In this document: positions 31,643-43,576 of the stretch, piece by piece
How positions within the stretch are numbered: position 1 is the first letter of the stretch
How the letters are laid out: each line of letters starts with the position of its first letter
From: an uncultured Planctomycetaceae bacterium
GTDB lineage: Bacteria > Planctomycetota > Planctomycetia > Planctomycetales > Planctomycetaceae
DNA: 64,000 nucleotides
Direction of reading: 5' to 3'
Assembly: GCA_963815195.1 (NCBI GenBank)
Contig: CAWFGE010000012.1
Span: 768,001 to 832,000, forward strand
Position numbers and translations under genes: made by a program
Notes under the pieces: model-generated
What the model was told of the DNA's origin: nothing
Databases searched by the model: none
The model's input: only the letters and a program-made list of their open reading frames with translations

Positions 31643-32404
31643 TTATTTCTCGGAACCGGCGGGTTCTTCGCGGGATTCCAGGTCGTTTTCCTTGTCGGCC
31701 GCGCCGAACGAGGCGCGGAAGGCTTTTTCGTTGGTGGTGACGGTTTTTTCCGGGCCGGCCATTTTCAAAAAGTAGATCGCCGACTTGGTGACCATCTTTT
31801 TCGCGTCCTCGGGGTCCGGCTCTTCCCAGCGGATGCCGATAATCACCGCCAGCATCCGGGCATTGGGCAGCGGCTTGGTTTTTTGCATGATCGGAGGACC
31901 GGTCGGCATATTATACGTGCCTTTGATGTCCACGAACACATACGGCGCTTCCTTGGCTGCGCCGCCTTGCTTGCTTTCGCCGGTCGTGATTTTCACCTGG
32001 CGGTCTTTGTTGTCGACAAACTGGCTGACCCATCGCTGGACGTTCGGCTGCACGCCGCCGCCCGCTCCCGCGCCGAACGAGAAAATCGCCAATTCCACCG
32101 GCTCGCTATCGCCTTTCTCGGCGGGAATCGTGAATTGGGCGAGCCGGAAGGATGTCTTCGGCTCGGTCTTTTCCCAGGACTTGGGAACGTAAAGTTCCAG
32201 CCCCTTCTTTTGCGATTCGTCGTGTTTGATCGGCGGCACCTTGACGGTGTTTGGCGGCGGCCAGGGGGTGGACTCCTTCTTTTCCTCGCCTGCGGGCGCC
32301 GGAGCGGGCTGCGTTTTGTCTTGAGCGCGGCCGGTTCCCGCGGCGACAAACAGCACCGCCGGCACGCCCAGCAGCCAGAAAAGTAAATTGAAGCGTCGTG
32401 GCAT
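31643..32404 (-). CDS. Secreted hypothetical protein
   Basis: Signal peptide MPRRFNLLFWLLG..AGTGRA; GGGVQPNVQRWVSQF motif. Confidence 0.75.
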   Translation of the reverse strand: MPRRFNLLFWLLGVPAVLFVAAGTGRAQDKTQPAPAPAGEEKKESTPWPPPNTVKVPPIKHDESQKKGLELYVPKSWEKTEPKTSFRLAQFTIPAEKGDSEPVELAIFSFGAGAGGGVQPNVQRWVSQFVDNKDRQVKITTGESKQGGAAKEAPYVFVDIKGTYNMPTGPPIMQKTKPLPNARMLAVIIGIRWEEPDPEDAKKMVTKSAIYFLKMAGPEKTVTTNEKAFRASFGAADKENDLESREEPAGSEK

Positions 32405-32554
32405 CACGGATTCCTTGAAATGGGTTGTCAGGACCTGTTCGGGCGGTGCGAAACCAATGGTTCGATTTTCGACGATCCTCCCACGATTTGCAACAGCCGA
32501 AATCACAATCCCGCCCGTTCGGGACAACAGGCCGGTCCAGGCAATTTCCGCCGC

Positions 32555-33361
32555 TTATTCAGCGGGTTTTTTGCGGTGCTGCTCGAACATCCAGGGCAAC
32601 AGGCCTTTGGGATCGCGATAAGCAGGTGTCCAGGCGTTGTGGCCCACCTTGGGGTATTCCACATACCGCACCTGGCCGCCGGCGGCTTTCAAAGCGGCCA
32701 CCATTCGCCGGGTTCGTTCGACGGGCACGACGGTGTCGGCGTCGCCGTGGGCGGTCCAGACTGGAGTGTCCGCGAGCTTCGCCGCCTGCGTTTCGTCGCC
32801 TCCCCCGCAAACGGGTGCGAGGGCCGCAAAGAGTTCGGGCCTCCGCATCGCGAGTTCCCACGCTCCGTAGCCGCCCATCGACAACCCCGTCAAATACACG
32901 CGGCGTTTATCGATCGGAAATTCTTTGAGCGACCGGTCGAGCACCGCCGCCGCCATGCCGAGCATCGCGTTGGGCTCTTTGGCGAGCGGGGTCGATTTGA
33001 GATCGCCCCACGGGGCATCGGCCCATTGCTCGTTGTCCCGGCATTGCGGCACGATCAGAAAGCACGGGAACCGCTTGCGGGATTCGGGCTGCGCCATCAA
33101 TTCGGGAAAATGCCGGAGCACCTTGGCCGGATCATCGCCCCGCTCGCCCGCTCCATGCAAAAACAACACCAATGGATAGGTCTCGCCGGGTTTGACTTCC
33201 AGCGGCTTGAGCACCAAATAGCGGAACGGCTCGTCCCGGGACTTTCCGCCGGTGTACTTCAACGTCCGCACCTCGAACGGAGCGAGCTTTTTGTCGTTTT
33301 CCTCCGCCCGTCCCAGGCAAGGCAAGAGCGCGACGCAAACAAAGACAACGAACCGCTGCAT
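32555..33361 (-). CDS. Alpha/beta hydrolase (phospholipase/carboxylesterase, predicted peptidase)
   Basis: PLVLFLHGAGERG, YLTGLSMGGYG, HGDAD, GHNAW. Confidence 0.92.
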   Translation of the reverse strand: MQRFVVFVCVALLPCLGRAEENDKKLAPFEVRTLKYTGGKSRDEPFRYLVLKPLEVKPGETYPLVLFLHGAGERGDDPAKVLRHFPELMAQPESRKRFPCFLIVPQCRDNEQWADAPWGDLKSTPLAKEPNAMLGMAAAVLDRSLKEFPIDKRRVYLTGLSMGGYGAWELAMRRPELFAALAPVCGGGDETQAAKLADTPVWTAHGDADTVVPVERTRRMVAALKAAGGQVRYVEYPKVGHNAWTPAYRDPKGLLPWMFEQHRKKPAE

Positions 33362-33433
33362 GAAATCAACCTCAGGCGCACTTGAAAAATGGGAACGAAC
33401 GCCGCTTCCGATTTGACCGGCAACCTGGATTTG

Positions 33434-34030
<597 letters not shown>

Positions 34031-34227
34031 GAGAGATCTCCTCGAGGGGTCCGAGTTAAAAGAGATTGCGAAGTTTCCACGGGATTTTCGTTTTTTCTCG
34101 TCTGGGGTTCAGTAAAACGAGTTGGTGCCGGATTCGCAAGGTAGGAAACTTGAACCGCTCAACGCGAGTCTGCGCCGGCGGAGAGCGGAATTGAAAAACC
34201 CGGCCTCTGCGGTCGATGACAAGGGGC

Positions 34228-34602
34228 ATGCTGGACTTTGAAATCGAAGAACTCAACGAAACGACGGAATGGCGCGAGGTTCTCGCCGCCTACCAATCCG
34301 CGCACGAAACCGCCAAGGCCTCGGCGGAGGAATTCGACGGCTGGCTGCCGCGGATTATGAGTGTGGACGGCCTCGACGATGAGGAACTGCCGCGGCTTCA
34401 CGGCAAATTGATCGCGCTGGGGTTTTTGAAGTTCCAGCTCGCCGGTCGCGGCACGGGCGTGGTTTACCAAATCAGTCCCGCGGGCCGGCAAGCCCTCGCG
34501 AATCTCCCATCGGACGAAACCGATTTGGAAGAGGAGTTGGATGAGGATTCCGGCGACATTCTGCCGATGGTCGAAGCCGACATGATGCAACGGGCCGCAT
34601 AG
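34228..34602 (+). CDS. Hypothetical protein
   Basis: Acidic ORF, GWLPRI...LHGKLIALGFLKFQL (winged-helix-like pattern). Confidence 0.7.
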   Translation: MLDFEIEELNETTEWREVLAAYQSAHETAKASAEEFDGWLPRIMSVDGLDDEELPRLHGKLIALGFLKFQLAGRGTGVVYQISPAGRQALANLPSDETDLEEELDEDSGDILPMVEADMMQRAA

Positions 34603-34622
34603 CTTTGACAGGCTGTCTCAAT

Positions 34623-34682
34623 TTCGCCCGAAGCGCCAGCGAGGGATGTCAAAGGATTTCCCTCGCTGGCGCTTCGGGCGAA
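34623..34682. repeat. 24-bp perfect inverted repeat (REP-like / bidirectional terminator)
   Basis: ttcgcccgaagcgccagcgaggga ... tccctcgctggcgcttcgggcgaa between convergent genes. Confidence 0.85.
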
Positions 34683-34726
34683 TGAATGCCAACCGGAGGC
34701 TGGCGCGTTCCGGCTGATGGAAACAA

Positions 34727-36526
34727 TCAGGCGGATTCCAACGGCTCGTCGCTCATCGCGAATAGCATGGCCGTATTTCGGCGGGGATCGGCTTTTTCGG
34801 CGAGATAGGGCGTGACGGGCTCGTTGATGCCCTTGAGCTTCGCCGGTTTCAACTTTTGGCAGGTGACGTAATCCTTGACCAATTCATAGGTCGCGGGGCC
34901 AAGGACGACCTGGCCGGGCTGGGCGACGGACGATTCGAGCCGGCTGGCGAGGTTGACCGTCGTGCCGATGACGGTGTAGTCCTTGCGGTTTAAGCTGCCG
35001 ATGTCCCCCACGACGACGGGGCCGGAATTGATGCCCACCCGCATGCCGACGGGGGGCCGGCCTTTGGGGAGGCCGGCGTTGTACTGTTTCAGGTCTTCTT
35101 GCATTTTGAGCGCGGCCCGCACCGCGAGTTCCGCGTGGTGCCTTTGATTGATCGGGGCTCCGAAAAATGCGAGCATCCCGTCGCCCATAAACTTATCGAG
35201 CGTCCCTTTGTAGTGGAACACGGATTCGCTCAAGAGTTTCGAAAACCGAGTTGAGCAGCCGCACAACGTCGGGCGGCGACAGGTTTTCCGACATCGCTGT
35301 GAATCCGCACAGGTCGGCAAACAACACGCTGACGACCTGCTCCTCGGCGATGAACCCGTCGCTTTGAGCGACGCCGACGCGAGCCAGGATTTGCTCGACC
35401 ACGGCGGGCGAGTGATAGCGAGAAAGGCTTTCGCGCTTTTTCTGCTCGGCAATGACTTCGTCCCGGAGCCGGCCCTGTTCGATGGCGACCGCCGAGAACA
35501 GCGAGAGGGCGGTGAGCACATCCAGGTGCTCCGCCCCGAACGCTTCCTCGCGGCTTTGGGTGTCGACATAGATCAAACCGTCCACGTGGCCTTCGCGGTA
35601 CAAGGGGACGCACATCGCCGAGACGATATTGAGTTGCCGGATGCTTTCCTGGCATTCGAACCGCGGGTCGTTGAGCACGTCTCTGACCAACAGCGAACTT
35701 TGGGAGTTGATCGCTTCGTTGGCGATGCTCAGGCTGATTTTGACCTTGGGCTGGAGGCGTGCGTCGAGCGTGCGGGCGGCGACGGGTTTCAGCTGGCCCG
35801 ACGGTTCGTACATGCAGATCAACCCGCGCTGGGCGGGGACGTTGGAAAACACGAGTTCCAAAATCGCCCCGAGCATGGAGTCCAAATCGGGGGTGGTCAA
35901 CAGGGCTTTGCCGATCAGGCTGAAGAGTTTGATGCCCCAGGACCGGCCGCTCGTGCTTTTGTCGATGCCCGAGTCGCTGTGGTCCTCCATGTCGTAAACG
36001 CCTTCGGCGAGGCTTCCCAGATTGCTGCCCAGGCTTTCCCCGGACGCGCCGCCGGTCAGAATCTTGCTCATGTCGGACAGCCGGATCGACATGCTCACGT
36101 TTGGGCGGGTGCGCCCTGCGTATCGTCGGTGATTTCCACCATGTCGCTCGCGTCGGACGTCTTGATGATGTCCGACTTGGCCTCGGGGGCCCGGCCGGGC
36201 GAAGGCAGCGGCACGACGACTTTGAACGTCATCGGCAAGGGACCGAGATTGATCAGATCGCCGTCCTTGAGGTATTGCCGCTTGACCGGAGCGCGGTTGA
36301 CGAACGTCCCATTCCGGCTGCCCGCGTCGATAATCTTCCAGCCCTGGTCATCTTGCGAAATCGTGGCGTGGTGCCGCGACATCCCGGGCACCGAATCGGG
36401 GAACACCACGTTGCAGTCGGGAGATCGGCCCAGGGTGACGACGGGCTGATCCAAATCGACTTCTACGGGGTGGTCGTCGAGCACATAAGAAAGCTTGAAT
36501 TTCGCTGGCAATCCGGATTGAGCCAA
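34727..36526 (-). CDS. FHA-GAF-adenylate/guanylate cyclase (frameshifts ~36098 and ~35240)
   Basis: FHA LGRS..SRHHA..GSRNGTFVN; GAF SAMCVPL; cyclase VLFADLCGFT, DKFMGDG, IGTTVNLASRLE. Confidence 0.9.
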
Positions 36527-36769
36527 GGTCGTTCTCCTCAATCGGACTGCCTACAGCAGAAAAAGACGATCTGTGACATCTTGGCAAGTCGGAAGGTCGG
36601 GGGGTGAGGGAAGTTCTGGCCCGAAGGTTGGGGGCCGTCCCCTTCCATGATACTAACAATAGACGCTCGGCAAGCGAACGTCAAAACATCTCGGAAGAAT
36701 TCCCAGGGAACGCCTGCTAACTAAATCACCTCGCGGAAATCTGCGCGTTCTCTGACACAAAAAAAATTG

Positions 36770-36912
36770 CAGAATTTGAAACCAATCCAAAATTCCAAAT
36801 CCGAATGTCCTCAACAAAATCCCGCGATTGATCCAGGACACCGGGGACGCGGGGTTTGGGTATTGAAAATTCGGTCATTGGTATTTGTTTCGGATTTCGA
36901 GATTCGGATTTC
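36770..36912. repeat. Empty heptamer-family element copy
   Basis: ...caaatccgaatgtcc...gggtttgggtattgaaaattcggtcattggtatttgtttcggatttcgagattcggattt, similar to the xerC-flanking copies. Confidence 0.8.
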
Positions 36913-36918
36913 CCCCGG

Positions 36919-37913
36919 CTATTGTTCCGGCGGAGCGCCGGCGGGTTGGGGCTGGAGAAGTTTGAGGTACTCTTGCGTCACCTCTTTCTCGTACACGCCT
37001 TCGGGCTTCTTGAACTCAAAGTCCGCGGGCTTCACGTCGGCTTCCGTCAGCCATTCCATATCCACGAAATCAATGGTCACCATTGGACGCATCACATCCT
37101 GCTTCGCATCCTTTTTGAGGTATTGAATTCTCCGCGGAACATCGTTGCGGTCAAAATACACGCGGGCGGCGTCGGGAATGTGCGCGGGCAGGCCTTTGGC
37201 CAGTTGCGGGATCGCTTTGAACCGCGCCTGAGATCCCTCGTTCCATTGCCCCTCCAAGCGGCGCAGCGGCTCGCCGTCCACGGTTTCCGTTTCGGGGGCG
37301 GCAAACGCCATGTTGCGTTCCAGCGACGCCAACAAAGAGGCGATCCCGCCCAGGCCCAACTCGGCGATCAAGACGTCTTGCTGAATGGCGGGCGACTTCT
37401 GGACCGCCTGGAGAATTTGACTGACGTCCTGCCGGGTGAGGCGGACCGTCTTATTCACCCGCCGTTCCGTCCAAAGCAAATCGCCGTCGCACACCTGCAG
37501 CAGTTTCCCGACCGTTCCGCCGGAATGGATTTCAAACTCCAGCCGCAATTGACGCGGCTTGCCGCGGAGGATCCGGCCCTTGGCTTCCAAAGTCCGGTCG
37601 GAAAACTGTAGCCGCTCGACGATCTTCGCGCGGTACATCCGCCCCAGCAGCGTCTTGCGGGCCTGGTCGAACAATTCCTGGCGCTCGCCGCGTGCATCGG
37701 CGGCGGTTCATTTTGTTTCTCGCCCTCGGCCGCCGGCGGGGATGCTTCGGGTTTTTGGTCGGGCTGTTTCGACTTGGAATTCTCGCCGGAGGGGTTTTGG
37801 GATTCGTCCACCTGTGCGCCCACGGGCAACACGGTGAGGGCCACCGTTCCGGCGGTCATCACCAGCAGAATCCCGGCAAGTTGGGGGACGGAGAGCTTAG
37901 GCAGAATTTGCAT
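36919..37913 (-). CDS. Secreted LolA-like hypothetical protein (frameshift ~37690)
   Basis: Signal peptide in ORF 37455-37913; LLQVCDGDLLW and PADFEFKKP in ORF 36919-37674. Confidence 0.65.
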
Positions 37914-38189
37914 ATTACCAGGATTCTTTCATCTGGTCGGAAAGCGAGGGATTTTCCAAAGAATCAGGCGGGATTGTACCGAAGAAGTAATTGTCTGTTG
38001 CCCCATCCGCGGACACCAGAGCCAATCCGCTCATTTTAGCGGAAACAGGGGATTCCGGTCGACTGCAAAACGGGGGAAGTCGCTTGCGATTCCCACCCGA
38101 TGAGGAGTGTTCAATTTGACGGTTCGTGACGGTGCGCGTCGGACAATGTGCGTTCGGGGGGCCATCCGGGAATTTCGAGAGGGGTCGTG

Positions 38190-39398
38190 ATGAAGTACTA
38201 CTTTCTGGCTTTGGGAACGATCATCGTCGTGTGCGTGGGATGCGCCACCGACGGGGGTCAGGTTTTGGACCGAGGCAAGTACGCGGCTCCGCCGGCCGCG
38301 ATGATGCAGCGTCCCGGTCCGATGGTGGACGGCCCCGGACCGGGCGTGTTGCCCTTGCCGGTTCCGCCGCCGCCGACGTACACCGCCAAGACGTCGCAAA
38401 TCCGCTTCTTGAATCCCAAGGGGATGCAAGTCGGCTGGGCGGTTCCGGGCGGCTATGCGGACAACATGCTCACGGTGCCGGGCCGGTACAATTTCCGCCA
38501 AGGGGCGACCTACCGGCTGAAGCTAACCAACGTTCCGGAACGGCCGGGCCTGGTGCTCTATCCTTCGCTGCAAATCTATCCCGCCCATCCCACCACGGAC
38601 GCCTATCTGTCCCACAACAGCATTCCGCTGGAACTCTTGGATGAGGATCTGGATCAGATCGAAAGCAACAATTTCGTGACGAAAGTGCTCTATCTGCCGG
38701 ATCCCCGCTACCAAGACCTGGCCATCGCGGGCGTGGAAACGATTGTCTCCACCAAGCTCGATCCCGGCGTCGATCCGGTTCTGGAAGCCGACCGCCGCGG
38801 CACGATTATGGCCGTGCTTCGCGTGGGGAACATGGACTTTGAAACGCCGAGTGCCGGCCCGCTGGGCGTGTTAGGGGCTCCGCCGGTTCCGGGAGCCATG
38901 CCGATTCCCGGCCAGCCGCCAGTCAACGGGGCCGACGGCAACATTCAACAAATGCAATACCAGGCCCCCGACGGTGCGGAACGCCAATTCGTCCCGCCGA
39001 TGCCCATCTCCACCATGGGCGGTGGTTCGGGAATGCTGGGCGTGCCCAACCCGATGATCGCCGGCGGCCAGACGCCTCCGGGATTGCCGCCCATGCACCC
39101 GGTCGCCGGGATGGGCACGATCCCCCCGTGGGGCATGACCTACACCGGCACGCCCATCGGCCTGCCGGGACCGGCTCATCTGCCCTTGGGCGGTCCCGCC
39201 GGCTTGCAATCGCACACGGTTCGCAACAACACCGACGTGGACGTCGGCAAGCCCGTCGATCACATGTTGATCGACGTGAGGCATCGGCCTGGCTATCGCC
39301 TGCCCCCTCCGGTTCGCCACGTGGAATACGAAGAAACGCATCCGCAATATCTGGACGGCGAACTCGGCTGGCCGCGCTGGCAGCCGCCCCGCCAGTAA
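38190..39398 (+). CDS. Pro/Gly-rich planctomycete lipoprotein
   Basis: VVCVGC lipobox; central globular domain paralogous to the next gene. Confidence 0.8.
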   Translation: MKYYFLALGTIIVVCVGCATDGGQVLDRGKYAAPPAAMMQRPGPMVDGPGPGVLPLPVPPPPTYTAKTSQIRFLNPKGMQVGWAVPGGYADNMLTVPGRYNFRQGATYRLKLTNVPERPGLVLYPSLQIYPAHPTTDAYLSHNSIPLELLDEDLDQIESNNFVTKVLYLPDPRYQDLAIAGVETIVSTKLDPGVDPVLEADRRGTIMAVLRVGNMDFETPSAGPLGVLGAPPVPGAMPIPGQPPVNGADGNIQQMQYQAPDGAERQFVPPMPISTMGGGSGMLGVPNPMIAGGQTPPGLPPMHPVAGMGTIPPWGMTYTGTPIGLPGPAHLPLGGPAGLQSHTVRNNTDVDVGKPVDHMLIDVRHRPGYRLPPPVRHVEYEETHPQYLDGELGWPRWQPPRQ

Positions 39399-39501
39399 TC
39401 GGTCCCTCGTCAACGACTGGATAATTCTCCAAGCCGACGCCTGATTTGATTCAATCGTCAAAAGGGGCTTGGGATTGGCGAAACAATAACTGTCGAATGT
39501 T

Positions 39502-39536
39502 CCCTCTCCCCTTGGGGGAGAGGGCAGGGTGAGGGG
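39502..39536. repeat. Short palindromic repeat ccctctccccttgggggagagggcagggtgagggg
   Basis: Hairpin; related copy at ~48308-48339. Confidence 0.7.
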
Positions 39537-39672
39537 ACGGCAAATAGGGCAGTTATTGTTTCGCCGATCCTTGGCTTGGAGAATGTGTTTTTGCGAATCG
39601 ATGCTCGATCGCTGCGATTTGAAGCCGGAACCGACCGGCCCGTCCGATGCCCCGTCGTCGAGGAGTGAGCCC

Positions 39673-40480
39673 ATGATCTTGCCGTTCCGCTCAGCCCCCG
39701 GCTTTTCTCGCGGCCTTTTCCGATCGGCTGTGTGGACGGGGCTGGTGCTGAGCATCGTCGTTGGGAAAAGCGGTTCGGTGGCTATGGCCCAGCCGTTTTA
39801 TCAGCCGCTCAATCAGAACATGCCCACGGGCGTGGCCGCGTATTGGGCGGGCGCCTTGGGAAAAGCGACGCCGCCCTATTTCCAGCCGGTGCGCGTCAAT
39901 TTGCCGACGGAGGGCCAAGTCACGGTTTACCACGGCCCCGCGCGGACGCCTTACGAAATCGACGCCCGCCGGCCGTTTGCATTTCTCGTGGGACACACCT
40001 ACCGGTTCCGCATCGCGGGCATGCCGGAATATCCGGGCCTCGAGTTATATCCTTCCGTGGAAATCCTCGACCGCTTGCATCCGCCGCCGGGACAGGAACT
40101 GAAGTTTCCTATCCCGCTCGAGTTGACGGAGCGGGAAATCGCAACGGCCCTCGAAGGCCGGCTGGTGACGAAAGTCGTGTTTCTCGAACAGCCCCAACTC
40201 GCCCCGCCTGCCGAACATGAAGGTTCGATGCCCACGACGGAGTTCTTGAGTTCGGTGAATATCCTCGCCGAAGCCGACCGCGCCGGACGGCCGATGGCGA
40301 TTTTGCGGTTGGGCAGCCGCGTGCCTGGGGCGGGCGAAAACGATCCCGGATTCTACGGCGGCGGCAGCCCCGGTTTTCATTCCGCCGGCTCCCGCCAATC
40401 CGCCGAACCCGGCCGTCCCGCCGGCGAAAGTGAAAACAGAACAAGCACCGCCCACAAAGTCGGGTCTTTTGTCTCCGTAG
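39673..40480 (+). CDS. Secreted hypothetical protein, paralog of the upstream lipoprotein domain (probable frameshift ~40370)
   Basis: YRFRIAGMPEYPGLELYPSVE...VTKVVFLE...EADRAG; the shifted frame gives a Pro-rich tail ending TAG at 40480. Confidence 0.7.
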
Positions 40481-40497
40481 GAAATTTCCAGCCAATC

Positions 40498-41850
40498 ATG
40501 ATGTTCTCTCGTTTCCAACCGATCTTCAAACGCCCGCTGGGTCTTTTGTGCCTGGGACTTCTCTCCGCGGGATTGGCGTCTTGCGCCAATATGAAAGAGG
40601 GGCTGGTGCAAGATCCGTTTCTGTCGGCCGGGCCCGACGAATGGGCGGACGCGGGAAAAACGGGCGAAGAGAAATCCGACCAGGGATCGGCCAAAAGCAT
40701 CGCGGGGATTCCCCTGCCGGTGAACTCTCCGGAAGGTCCGGTCCTGGCGAACCACAATCAGGTTCGCCAGGTGCAGCAATTGGTCCCCGCCGACGAAGCT
40801 CCCGCGGAGACCGTGATTTCCGCACCGTGTCCGCCGGGTTTGGTCGTCTTTCCCGGCCAATGCCCGCCGGCCGTCATAGGCGTTTGCCCGCCGGTTGTGC
40901 CGGGCTGGATCGGCGGAGCGGCGATTCCTCCCAACCCGAAACTTTTTCCCGATGAATATCTCTGCGACGGCGGCGACCGCGGCTATCCCGTCAGGTACGA
41001 CGTCGAAACGCGGCTCGGCCTCGAAACCGAAGACACCGTCGCGGAATACACCGACCACACGGGAAGCCTGCACGTCAAACCCACGAACAAAGTCTGCGTC
41101 TACGCCCCGCGGTTCGGAGCCATGCGGAGCATCGGCTCGCCGATCCTGGAAACCGCCGTCCACAAGGTCGCCAGCGCCGACAAATTCACCGGCGGAGCGG
41201 GCATGCGAAACCAGATCGTCACCGCCCGACACCGGCAAAACATCGCCCCCGGCAAATACCGCACGCGCGAACGGGCCAGCGACATCGATGTGGGCCTCCG
41301 CTCGTCCGCCGTGGCTCAAGGCCAAACCGTCGTCAGCCACACCAAGCTCGTCAACACCTTCGAGGATTTCCAGTTCGTCCGCAGCGGATTGCTGGCTCAA
41401 ACCGAGGAAGTTCGGCTGGCCAAGGGCATCCAAGCGGCCGCGGCCTGGAGCCGGTCCCAGTTCCCCGTCATCGCCGCCCAGACCGAGCAGGCCCAGGAAG
41501 TCCTCAGCGAATTTCGCGCTCAAGCGGTCGTGGGCCGGGAAAGCAAACAAAAGCCGGGCCGATTGCGGATCGTCAAAATGGCCGACAAGGACGTGGCCCA
41601 GCCCGGCGAGACGATCACGTTTACGATCCGCTACGACAACCTGGGCGAGTTGCCGCTGTATAAGATTCGCATCATCGACAACCTGACGCCTCGGCTCGGC
41701 TATGTCGAGGACAGCGAAACCTCCGACCGGGCCGGGCGGTTGCTCATCCAAGACAACGAGGAAGGCAGCGTGATTCTCGAGTTTGAGCTGGACGAACCCC
41801 TGCCCGGCGGAAAAGGCGGCGTGGTCACATTCCAAGCCAAAGTGCGATAA
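40498..41850 (+). CDS. DUF11 domain lipoprotein
   Basis: LSAGLASC lipobox; DEYLCDGGD; C-terminal KMADKDVAQPGETITFTIRYDN...IIDNL. Confidence 0.8.
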   Translation: MMFSRFQPIFKRPLGLLCLGLLSAGLASCANMKEGLVQDPFLSAGPDEWADAGKTGEEKSDQGSAKSIAGIPLPVNSPEGPVLANHNQVRQVQQLVPADEAPAETVISAPCPPGLVVFPGQCPPAVIGVCPPVVPGWIGGAAIPPNPKLFPDEYLCDGGDRGYPVRYDVETRLGLETEDTVAEYTDHTGSLHVKPTNKVCVYAPRFGAMRSIGSPILETAVHKVASADKFTGGAGMRNQIVTARHRQNIAPGKYRTRERASDIDVGLRSSAVAQGQTVVSHTKLVNTFEDFQFVRSGLLAQTEEVRLAKGIQAAAAWSRSQFPVIAAQTEQAQEVLSEFRAQAVVGRESKQKPGRLRIVKMADKDVAQPGETITFTIRYDNLGELPLYKIRIIDNLTPRLGYVEDSETSDRAGRLLIQDNEEGSVILEFELDEPLPGGKGGVVTFQAKVR

Positions 41851-42240
41851 CGACAACGTGCGATGTCTGGATTCCCGCGAATCCGACCCGCCGCGCTGGA
41901 TTCAGCGCGGCGGGTTGTTTCTTGCCAGATACGGCAGCCACAACTCCTTTCGACGCGGAATCGTCTCCACGAATTTGCCCCATTCCGAACGGTCGGGCAG
42001 TCAATGAAATTGGCCATTTCCTGATCGCGGCTGGTCCAATGATTTCTTAAGACCGGTTTCGACGACCCAGTAATTCGCAAAAATTTGGCGATTTTGGCAG
42101 GCTGATTGCTCGCCAATCCGTTATCTGTTTAGAGAGAAGATAACATTTGGCCAGAGTTTTCCCTGGTCAATGCAGGGCGGATTTGTATAAAATGTTTGAT
42201 CCTATACCCTAATAGAGACGTTTTCACGGGAGGATCAAAC

Positions 42241-42723
42241 ATGCCGACGTTGGTGAATCCGCCGACGAGTTACGTGGACCTTTGGGGGATCTGGGAACAG
42301 CAGATTGAGGGTGAATCGAAAGAATACTGGGACATCCATTCAGACGAACACCTTCCCATAAGTCATCACCACATTGCTATTCGTGCGTATTACCTATACA
42401 TCGAGCGCGGACGTGGAACTCATGGCTTCGACCAGCAAGATTGGTGCGCGGCTAAAAGGGAGTTGCAAGGTGAGTTTAGGGCGTGTATCGCCTGGAACTT
42501 TGAGGACGCAGATGCCTCAATCGCGGACAATGTTTCAGAATCCCAGTTTGACCCGTCGATGATGAATGAATCAGATGGTGATGATGGGTTTCGAATGGCT
42601 TCAAATCGAGCAGGTTGTTTCGAGAGCGACCATTATATGAGCGCTTTCGAAAGCGATGGGGAAATCGAGAAAGTTAGGAAAAATGGCTGGACGAGCGAAA
42701 ATAAAGACAATATGCGAGGCTGA
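42241..42723 (+). CDS. DUF2934-containing acidic protein
   Basis: IAIRAYYLYIERGRGTHGFDQQDWCAAKREL; GGAGG RBS. Confidence 0.75.
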   Translation: MPTLVNPPTSYVDLWGIWEQQIEGESKEYWDIHSDEHLPISHHHIAIRAYYLYIERGRGTHGFDQQDWCAAKRELQGEFRACIAWNFEDADASIADNVSESQFDPSMMNESDGDDGFRMASNRAGCFESDHYMSAFESDGEIEKVRKNGWTSENKDNMRG

Positions 42724-43000
42724 TTCCCACATTGAGTCAATGCGTAATCACTGTGGGGATGGCGGCACCGCCTTTAGGCGACTTTCGCAGGATGAGCGCA
42801 ACAAATATCGAGGAAAGGTTTTGGCGATCCTGATCGAGTCGGGCCGGATTATCGGTTATGCGGACACGCCCGAAGAACTTCAAAATAAAATTCGGGAATC
42901 TAAGTATCACGGCGAAAACTGGCGGCTCGTGGATGGCCCCACAGGCGATGAGCCGATGACCGTTGACGAGTTGAAATCTTCCTTGGGTCACGGCGATTGA
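42683..43000 (+). CDS. Small DUF5678-like protein (start uncertain)
   Basis: KYRGKVLAI...GRIIGYADTPEEL pattern. Confidence 0.5.
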   Translation: MAGRAKIKTICEADSHIESMRNHCGDGGTAFRRLSQDERNKYRGKVLAILIESGRIIGYADTPEELQNKIRESKYHGENWRLVDGPTGDEPMTVDELKSSLGHGD

Positions 43001-43042
43001 GCGAAGGTCTCACAGGTCGGTGAACTTTGACAGGGCCGTCTC

Positions 43043-43441
43043 ATGCCGCACTTCTATGCCCCGTTCACAGCGTCCTGCAACGTAGTGGGCGACATCTTTC
43101 TCTTGGATATTCTGCCGCCTGAGTCGCGGGGCGCGGTCGATTACACGTTGGGAGCCAACGTGGTGCTGGATTTGCCGGAAACGTTGATCGCGCCCGAGTT
43201 GGCCCAGGAATTTGGTGCCGATTCCGTCGGCGAAGAGATCTCGGTGGTACTTCACCAGCGAAGTTTCAAAACCCTCAACATCCATGAGTTTGATCCGATT
43301 CCCGTCAGAATTCGATTCGCACCGCCCCGTCTCGGTCCCAACTACATTCAGATCGGCTTGGACGACCTGCAGAAGTATTTTGAGATCTCTCACTTCGAAA
43401 CCCACATCAGCGAATCCTTCACCACCCTTTCTATTCTTTGA
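43043..43441 (+). CDS. Hypothetical protein, possible degenerate retropepsin-like fold
   Basis: VVLDLPETLIAPELAQEFG ... IQIGLDDL resembles hhhDTGA..shI...A..LG / hLG.DhL. Confidence 0.45.
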   Translation: MPHFYAPFTASCNVVGDIFLLDILPPESRGAVDYTLGANVVLDLPETLIAPELAQEFGADSVGEEISVVLHQRSFKTLNIHEFDPIPVRIRFAPPRLGPNYIQIGLDDLQKYFEISHFETHISESFTTLSIL

Positions 43442-43576
43442 ACCTCATCCGGAATACGCCGATCGTTGCCGCGAACTGACGACGAGCAGAACCTCGTGAC
43501 TCGGCGGCTCTAGGTAAGGGATTCGGTGTCCGTCGAAACGAGTTCGAGACGTTTTACCGTAACCAAAGGACCAAGG

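Noticed and set aside
39529..41850. Single 773-aa fusion ORF
   Set aside because: An internal lipoprotein signal at 40498 and a natural Pro-rich tail in the shifted frame suggest two genes joined by an indel
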